This document shows, one piece after another, positions 55,213 to 60,826 of a DNA stretch of 60,826 nt. The position numbers were made by a program, and so were the translations under genes. The stretch comes from a virus. Taxonomy: Duplodnaviria; Caudoviricetes. The DNA lies in IMG/VR virus record IMGVR_UViG_3300032301_000738, positions 1 through 60,826 of that record; one strand, written 5' to 3'. Position 1 is the first letter of the stretch. Every line of letters starts with the position of its first letter. Under the pieces are notes generated by a model, which was not told the origin of the DNA, searched no databases, and was given only the letters and a program-made list of their open reading frames with translations.

Positions 55213-55742
55213 CGCAAGTCGCCGTACCTCCGTACGACGACGAGGGAATAGTTGCGGACTGCGAAACCGGCTGGAGGAGATTTTGCGCCGAAACGCTCGT
55301 CTGTACGCACTATCACATCAAGCAGTTCTGCCGGCGCCACAGGGCGCATGGCATGCGGCTGACGCACAACACCACCCGCAAGATGCGGGAGGTTCTGCGT
55401 CGGCAGGTGGCGGCCTATCGCTGGGTCTTTAAGGGCGCCGGCGCCCCGTTCACGTTCGACTCGGTGTGCCTAGATTTGGGCTTTTGTCCGGCCTTGATTC
55501 GGCGGCAGATGCTGTCGCTCTACCAGCCCGAGCCGGACATAAACCTTCTGGTGGAGTGGGTGGGGCGCCAGAAGGAGCGGAAGTATGCCAACCGTCGGGG
55601 AAAAGATTCGACAACTCGTCGAGTGGGCCCCAGTATTGTCGATGCTGTCGCTGATCTCCGCCGCTCCAACGGCCAAAGAGAGAGTCGACGTGGCGCTCAA
55701 ACTCATGCGGTTTGTCGCTACCAAAACGGACACGCCCGTTGA
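55209..55742 (+). CDS. hypothetical protein
   Basis: 177 aa, AYRWV...FTFDSVCLDLG; 3' end overlaps the next gene by 158 nt. Confidence 0.6.
   Translation: MTQVAVPPYDDEGIVADCETGWRRFCAETLVCTHYHIKQFCRRHRAHGMRLTHNTTRKMREVLRRQVAAYRWVFKGAGAPFTFDSVCLDLGFCPALIRRQMLSLYQPEPDINLLVEWVGRQKERKYANRRGKDSTTRRVGPSIVDAVADLRRSNGQRESRRGAQTHAVCRYQNGHAR
55535..55545 (+). promoter_or_regulatory. candidate late promoter motif
   Basis: GGACATAAACC, 40 nt before the 55585 start. Confidence 0.5.
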
Positions 55743-55854
55743 CGACGACCTGCTGGAGCGGATTGAGGCGGTTCTGAACAGCCCCGCCGGATCGGAGTTG
55801 CTCGACTACGTCGTGCGTCTGGTGTCGGCCGTCTCCAGTGCGGAGGTCGGCTGA
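55585..55854 (+). CDS. small helical protein
   Basis: 89 aa, KTDTPVDDDLL motif, SD AAGGAG. Confidence 0.7.
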   Translation: MPTVGEKIRQLVEWAPVLSMLSLISAAPTAKERVDVALKLMRFVATKTDTPVDDDLLERIEAVLNSPAGSELLDYVVRLVSAVSSAEVG

Positions 55855-56099
55855 TGGTCGCGTACGCCGCTTTCGGAATTGCAGCCGTCGTGGCCTGCTG
55901 GCCGATGCTCTCGGCAGCGTGGGTGCGCTGGCGGCCTGTCACTGCCGCAGCGGGCGTGGACCGGGCCGACTGGGTCAACCGTCTATTCGGGCTGGCTGCT
56001 GCCGCTGACGAGGCAGGCGAGCCCGTCGTGGCGTCCGCTGCCCGCGCCCTCATCACGGCTCTCGTGACGCCGCAGGAGCCCGCCAAGCGGGGCAAGTGA
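55854..56099 (+). CDS. membrane-anchored small protein
   Basis: N-terminal TM segment, coupled. Confidence 0.65.
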   Translation: MVAYAAFGIAAVVACWPMLSAAWVRWRPVTAAAGVDRADWVNRLFGLAAAADEAGEPVVASAARALITALVTPQEPAKRGK

Positions 56100-56521
56100 T
56101 GCCTGCGTGGGTGCGCGTAGCCGTCGTGGTGGCCGGCGTGGCGGTCGGAGTGGGGAGCCTTGTGGCCCCGCGACTCCCGATGCCGCTCCCTGTGCCGGCG
56201 CCAGTCCCAGCGGCTGGCGTGTTGGCTGGCCTCGACAGCAAGGATGCCGGAAGCCTACGCGACTTCTACGCAGCGATGGCGGACATTGTTCAGCGCGACG
56301 GACAGTCGGCCGCGCCGGCCTGCAAGTCGACGCTCGACCTGAGGAATCGTCACGCGCAGGCTCTGGCGATGGCGTTCGCCCACACGGGCATGGTCGGCAA
56401 GTACAGCGGGCTGGGGGGCCGGCTGGACGCCTACCTGCTGGAGGCGATCGGCTCCGTCGATGCCCCGCTAACGCCGGAACTGCGGGCCAAAGCGGCGCAG
56501 GCGTTCGCTGCCATCAAATGA
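56096..56521 (+). CDS. membrane-anchored protein
   Basis: N-terminal TM segment and Pro-rich linker. Confidence 0.65.
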   Translation: MMPAWVRVAVVVAGVAVGVGSLVAPRLPMPLPVPAPVPAAGVLAGLDSKDAGSLRDFYAAMADIVQRDGQSAAPACKSTLDLRNRHAQALAMAFAHTGMVGKYSGLGGRLDAYLLEAIGSVDAPLTPELRAKAAQAFAAIK

Positions 56522-56534
56522 GCGGGGGCGCTGC

Positions 56535-57470
56535 GTGTCCAATCTGTACACACCCGAAGAGATGGTGCGGCTCTACGACGTAGGGTTCGTAGGCTCCATC
56601 TGCGATCCGGCTGATACGGAGCGGCTGCTGGCGACGCTCCCTCGCCCGCTCTTCGGAAACATGCTGGCCGCGACTGGTGCCGGCAAACTAAGCCTGCCGT
56701 TCAAGGCGGTCGTGGCGTTCGAGCAAGCCGTCGGGCGCAAGCCGTACGACGAAGCGCAATCCACAGGCGACTGTGTGTCCCACGCTGTTCGCAACGGCAT
56801 CGACATCGCGCGTGCGAACGATCCGGATATCACCACCACAGAGGACTGGGTGGATCGGACGGCGACGGAGCCGCTCTACGGCGCACGCGGACACTCAGGG
56901 CAGGGCGCTGTCTGTTCGCAGATTGTGCGCTGGGCGCACCAATCGGGCGGGTGCATGCTGCGCCGAGACTATCCGGAACTGGCGCTCGACCTGTCCAAGT
57001 ACAACGCCACGATCGGCATCCGGTGGGGAGGCGCTGGCGTGCCGGATCGCGTGCGGTCGGTGGCGGCAAAGCACCGCGTCGGCACGATCAGCCTCATCAA
57101 AACTTGGGAGCAGGCAAGGGACGCCCTCGCCAACGGGTACGGCGTGGTGTGCTGCTCAAGCGTGGGCTTCCGGCACTACCGCAATGACGACGGCATGAGC
57201 CAGCCGCAGGGAACGTGGCACCACGCGATGTGCTGGACTGGAGCAGATGACACGCACAGCAACGGATGTCGCTTCTTACTGCAAAACAGTTGGGGATATA
57301 CGTGGATCAGCGGGCCGCGCGTTCACGGACAGCCTGAGGGGTCGTTTTGGGTGAGTCAGGCGGCGGCCCAGAAGATGATCGATCATGGCGGAACATGGGC
57401 GGTGTCGAATGTCGACGGCTTCCCCCGTCGCCGCATCACCAATTGGGGCGCAAAGGACGTGCTCGAATGA
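56535..57470 (+). CDS. papain-like (C1) cysteine peptidase
   Basis: QSTGDCVSHA (Gln, Cys), WHHAM (His), LQNSWG (Asn), GSFWV. Confidence 0.88.
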   Translation: MSNLYTPEEMVRLYDVGFVGSICDPADTERLLATLPRPLFGNMLAATGAGKLSLPFKAVVAFEQAVGRKPYDEAQSTGDCVSHAVRNGIDIARANDPDITTTEDWVDRTATEPLYGARGHSGQGAVCSQIVRWAHQSGGCMLRRDYPELALDLSKYNATIGIRWGGAGVPDRVRSVAAKHRVGTISLIKTWEQARDALANGYGVVCCSSVGFRHYRNDDGMSQPQGTWHHAMCWTGADDTHSNGCRFLLQNSWGYTWISGPRVHGQPEGSFWVSQAAAQKMIDHGGTWAVSNVDGFPRRRITNWGAKDVLE

Positions 57471-57706
57471 AGATCACCGTGTCCGCAGTCGCCGTATGGC
57501 TGGCGTTTGCCGCAGGACAGGATGTACCTGCGCCGCAGCCGTCGCCCGCTAAGTGTTGCGCCGACTGTGGCGGAACTGGGATGGTATGGACCGGCGACAA
57601 GGTGGCGCGCGTGCATTGCCCGTGCCCGCCGACGTGCCCGTGTGCAAAGAACCGGCCGCGCATGACATGCACCGGCCCCAACTGCGTGAAGGGGATACAG
57701 CGATGA
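57467..57706 (+). CDS. small Cys-rich protein with signal peptide
   Basis: MKITVSAVAVWLAFAA, CCADCGGTG, CPCPPTCPC, CTGPNC. Confidence 0.65.
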   Translation: MKITVSAVAVWLAFAAGQDVPAPQPSPAKCCADCGGTGMVWTGDKVARVHCPCPPTCPCAKNRPRMTCTGPNCVKGIQR

Positions 57707-57897
57707 ATCCGAAGGCACCGATGGAAAACGGCGGCGGCGTTCTGGCGGGACTCCGTGACAAGAAGAAGGCGGACGGGGCCCCTTCGTCCAATTCGTTTTT
57801 GCGCACCGAGAAAGAGGACAAGCACCTGCGCGAAGGGAAGGTGCCCGCTGGCTGGAGCAGGGGCAAAGACGGCCAAGTGCGTCCTATGGTGCAGTGA
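57703..57897 (+). CDS. small basic protein
   Basis: 64 aa, coupled. Confidence 0.5.
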   Translation: MNPKAPMENGGGVLAGLRDKKKADGAPSSNSFLRTEKEDKHLREGKVPAGWSRGKDGQVRPMVQ

Positions 57898-58175
57898 TGT
57901 CAGACCGCATTCGATCGCTCAAGGCGGAACTGGAGTGCAACTCCCCGCAGCGCACGCCCTCCCACGACACCAAGTCGCACGTCGTCAAGGCGTGCAAGGG
58001 TGGCGAGGAGAAACTCGTGCGGTTCGGGCAGCAGGGCGTCGAGGGAGCAGGCTCAAGCCCAGACACCGAGAGCGAGCAAGCGAGAAGGCGCAGTTACTAC
58101 GCCAGACACAACGCCCAAGATGCAAACCCAGACAAGTTCAGCGCCCGCTATTGGTCGCACAAGGTGAAGTGGTGA
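57894..58175 (+). CDS. conserved-looking basic phage protein
   Basis: KLVRFGQQG...RRRSYYARH...KFSARYWSHKVKW. Confidence 0.75.
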   Translation: MMSDRIRSLKAELECNSPQRTPSHDTKSHVVKACKGGEEKLVRFGQQGVEGAGSSPDTESEQARRRSYYARHNAQDANPDKFSARYWSHKVKW

Positions 58176-58504
58176 TCGACACACTGGCCCGACATGTCTA
58201 CCGACGCATGCCTGTGCGAGCGGCGCTCGTGGGGCGCTCGCAGGTCGCACAGATTGTGCGCACCGTCGTGCAGGAGTGGCCGGCCGAGCAGTTGTTGGTC
58301 AGCCGACAGGGTAGCGAGGGCGAGTCGAATGCGCTGGCGGAGATGGAGAAGCGGATTCGCGGCAGGCAGGAGTACGGTTCGGTGTTGCTGGCGCTCCTGC
58401 TGAGTACGGTCCTATCAACAGTCATACGTCTCGTGCTGGAATGGTGGTGGGAGCGCGGCTCGCATCGCATGATGATGGCGGCGTGGAGGAGGGAGGCCCT
58501 GTGA
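58172..58504 (+). CDS. membrane protein
   Basis: YGSVLLALLLSTVLSTVIRLVLEWW TM segment. Confidence 0.6.
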   Translation: MIDTLARHVYRRMPVRAALVGRSQVAQIVRTVVQEWPAEQLLVSRQGSEGESNALAEMEKRIRGRQEYGSVLLALLLSTVLSTVIRLVLEWWWERGSHRMMMAAWRREAL

Positions 58505-58755
58505 GCAGCGAAACCGTGTACGAAGTAGTGCTCCGGGCGATCGAGCGGTACGGCTTCGGGCTCGTGCTGGCGACAGCCGTGCTGTGGTTCGTGCGAGTTG
58601 ACCTCGTGCTGCCGATGGTGCAGGCACACAAGCAGTTTCTGCACGAGTTGTCGGCGTCGCAGAGGGAGATTGCGGCGGCCATGCAGGAACAGACGCGACT
58701 GCTCTATGCGGTACAGGCGCAGGTGCAGCGCGACAAAGCGTCTCTCGCTAACTAA
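58501..58755 (+). CDS. holin-like membrane protein
   Basis: One TM (YGFGLVLATAVLWFV) plus coiled coil; SD GGGAGG. Confidence 0.55.
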   Translation: MSSETVYEVVLRAIERYGFGLVLATAVLWFVRVDLVLPMVQAHKQFLHELSASQREIAAAMQEQTRLLYAVQAQVQRDKASLAN

Positions 58756-58767
58756 CAGGATGTAGGC

Positions 58768-59058
58768 GTGCGCGATCGTGAGTTCTACGCAGACATATGG
58801 GAGAAGACTGCGACGCAATGGGCGGCGCTGGACCCGTTTCTGTCCAAGAATGACTTGGGGGTGGAGTCCGACACTGGCCGCATCAAGGTGGGCATAGGCC
58901 AGCGATGGTCGAACACGCCGTATGTCGCGACCACGATCACCATCGGGCTGGCGGACGTGCAAGTCACGCTCCCGCAGAATGGCGACGTGCTGCGGTGGAG
59001 CGATTCCAAGTGGCGTAACTATCCGGAAACGAACGTAACGGACGGGGGTAATTTCTAG
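58768..59058 (+). CDS. short fibre adaptor with Mtd-N-like domain
   Basis: WAALDPFLSKNDLGVESDTGRIKVG, NGDVLRW, C-terminal DGGNF. Confidence 0.7.
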   Translation: MRDREFYADIWEKTATQWAALDPFLSKNDLGVESDTGRIKVGIGQRWSNTPYVATTITIGLADVQVTLPQNGDVLRWSDSKWRNYPETNVTDGGNF

Positions 59059-59060
59059 TC

Positions 59061-60479
59061 ATGGCAAACGTGATTCGCATTCGACGGCGCGACGCATCCG
59101 GCGGGGCTGGCGCCCCAACGACGCTTGCCAATGCCGAGTTGGCAATGAACGAGTCCTCGTCCATTTTGTACTACGGCACTGGCACTGGCGTGGGCGGGGC
59201 GGCGACCAGCATCATCGCCATCGGCGGGACGGGTGCGTTTCTTGGGCTCGCCGGCGGGCTGACGCAGACGGCCGCAGGGACGTACACGTTCAGCGGCGGC
59301 GCGACGTTCAGCAACACGGTGGCACTCGGCGCATCCGCCACCGCTACGACGCCGGCTACGTCGTCGGATTCGACCGCTGTCGCCACGACCGCGTTCGTGA
59401 AGGCACAGAACTACCTCACGACCAATGCGTCGATCACGCTGTCGGGCGACGCGGCCGGCACTGGCTCCACTGCCATCACCGTCACCATTGCTGGCGACGC
59501 TGTCAGCAACGACAAACTCGCCAACATGGCGAGCGGCACGCTGAAGGGACGCGCGTCGTCTGGCACCGGCGACCCGGAGGATTTGACTGCCTCGCAGGCC
59601 AAGACGCTTCTTGCCATCGCCAGCACAGACATCTCAGATTTCCACACTGCGGTGCGGCAGAACCGTCTCGACCAGATGGCGTTGCCGACTGCGAGCGTCT
59701 CGATGAACTCGCAGAAGATCACGAACCTCGCCACGCCCACATCGGAGAACGACGCAGCCAACAAGGCGTACGTCGATGGGGCGAGGGCCGGCCTCGACGT
59801 GAAGGGGTCTGTGCGCGTCGCCACGACCGCCAACATCACGCTCTCGGGCGAGCAGACAATCGATGGCGTGGGCGTGGTGGCCGGCGACAGGGTACTCGTC
59901 AAGAACAACACGACCGGCAGCGAGAACGGCATCTACGTGGTCGCCTCCGGCTCGTGGAGCAGGGCTTCCGACGCCGACACCAGCGACAAGGTGACCTCCG
60001 GCATGTTCACATTTGTGGAGTCTGGCTCCACCAATGGCGACACGGGCTGGGTGCTGGCTACGGACGGGTCGATCGCCGTCGGCACGACCTCCCTGACGTT
60101 CTCGAAGTTTACGTCGCCGGGAGAAATCCTAGCCGGCGACGGCATGACCAAGTCGGGCAGCACGCTCAACGCCATCGGCACAGCCGATCGTATCAGCGTG
60201 TCAGCGGACGCCATCGACATTGCGTCTACGTATGTGGGCCAGTCGTCCATCACCACGCTTGGCACGGTCACGACGGGCGTGTGGAGCGCCACGACCATCG
60301 GCGTGGCGAAGGGCGGAACCAACCTGACGACCGTGCCGAAAGGGTCGGTCGTGGTCGCCAACGCAGCAGACGCATTCACCGCGCTCGACGGCGGCGGTGT
60401 ATCCGACGGCATTCTCCTGTACACGGCGTCCACCGACACGATCGCGTGGGCGACGAGCATCGACGGCGGGACGTTCTGA
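59061..60479 (+). CDS. tail/head fibre protein
   Basis: IRIRRR..PTTLANAELA, ATTAFV, DAANKAYVD, VAGDRVLVKN..ENGIY, C-terminal IDGGTF. Confidence 0.88.
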   Translation: MANVIRIRRRDASGGAGAPTTLANAELAMNESSSILYYGTGTGVGGAATSIIAIGGTGAFLGLAGGLTQTAAGTYTFSGGATFSNTVALGASATATTPATSSDSTAVATTAFVKAQNYLTTNASITLSGDAAGTGSTAITVTIAGDAVSNDKLANMASGTLKGRASSGTGDPEDLTASQAKTLLAIASTDISDFHTAVRQNRLDQMALPTASVSMNSQKITNLATPTSENDAANKAYVDGARAGLDVKGSVRVATTANITLSGEQTIDGVGVVAGDRVLVKNNTTGSENGIYVVASGSWSRASDADTSDKVTSGMFTFVESGSTNGDTGWVLATDGSIAVGTTSLTFSKFTSPGEILAGDGMTKSGSTLNAIGTADRISVSADAIDIASTYVGQSSITTLGTVTTGVWSATTIGVAKGGTNLTTVPKGSVVVANAADAFTALDGGGVSDGILLYTASTDTIAWATSIDGGTF

Positions 60480-60482
60480 CGC

Positions 60483-60826
60483 ATGCCAACAACAGTCAAG
60501 ATTCGCCGCAGCGGCACCGCGTCGGCAACGCCGTCGGCGCTTGAGCACGGCGAGATCGCGATCAACTACGCCGATGGCAAAATGTTTTGGAAGGACGCAG
60601 CCAGCGCGATCCAATCGTTTTCTTTCGCATCCATAGACGCTGGCGAGGTTGTGGCGTCTGGGCCGACGGCCACGCTCCTGTTGCACTTCAACGGGTCGCA
60701 GAGCGGCGTTGACTTTTTGGACTCGTCGAGCAGCAACCGCACTTTTACTCGCGGCGGCAACTCAGTCCTGCGGCAAGAGCAAAAGAAGTTTGGGTCGGCG
60801 AGCGGCTACTTCACAGGCGGCACGTA
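60483..60826 (+). CDS. fibre protein with LamG-like domain start, partial
   Basis: MPTTVKIRRSGTASATPSALEHGEIAINYADGK...LLLHFNG...KFGSASGYF; runs off the window. Confidence 0.8.
   Translation, partial: MPTTVKIRRSGTASATPSALEHGEIAINYADGKMFWKDAASAIQSFSFASIDAGEVVASGPTATLLLHFNGSQSGVDFLDSSSSNRTFTRGGNSVLRQEQKKFGSASGYFTGGT

Noticed and set aside
19012-60485. Genome-wide UGA reassignment
   Set aside because: Many genes end in TGA overlapping an out-of-frame ATG (ATGA, TGATG), conserved proteins are intact under code 11, and no suppressor tRNA was seen

Overview
The window is most of a GC-rich tailed dsDNA phage genome (podovirus-like: portal, tail-tube and large internal virion proteins, no tape measure or sheath). 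It starts and ends inside tail-fibre genes. The layout is: (i) fibre end, glycosyltransferase and a phage sigma factor (1-1.9 kb); (ii) a minus-strand early/accessory block (1.8-12.3 kb) with a serine recombinase, a MoxR AAA+/vWA-metallopeptidase module, a class-II glutamine amidotransferase plus amidoligase pair, and small ORFs separated by repeated motif-plus-hairpin leaders; (iii) SSB and methyltransferase, then scaffold, major capsid, terminase, portal, fibre, tail and ejection genes (12.6-47.7 kb), including a fibre-like protein with about 110 Cys followed by a CxC protein; (iv) a tyrosine recombinase back-to-back with a RecE/ERF/helicase/nuclease/dNTPase operon, with an inverted-repeat-bounded ~110 bp segment between them; (v) a membrane-protein/papain-peptidase block and more fibres. 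No DNA polymerase, primase, canonical endolysin, tRNA, CRISPR array or reverse transcriptase was recognised. A Planctomycetota host is a weak inference. All calls come from motif reading by eye, without database searches.
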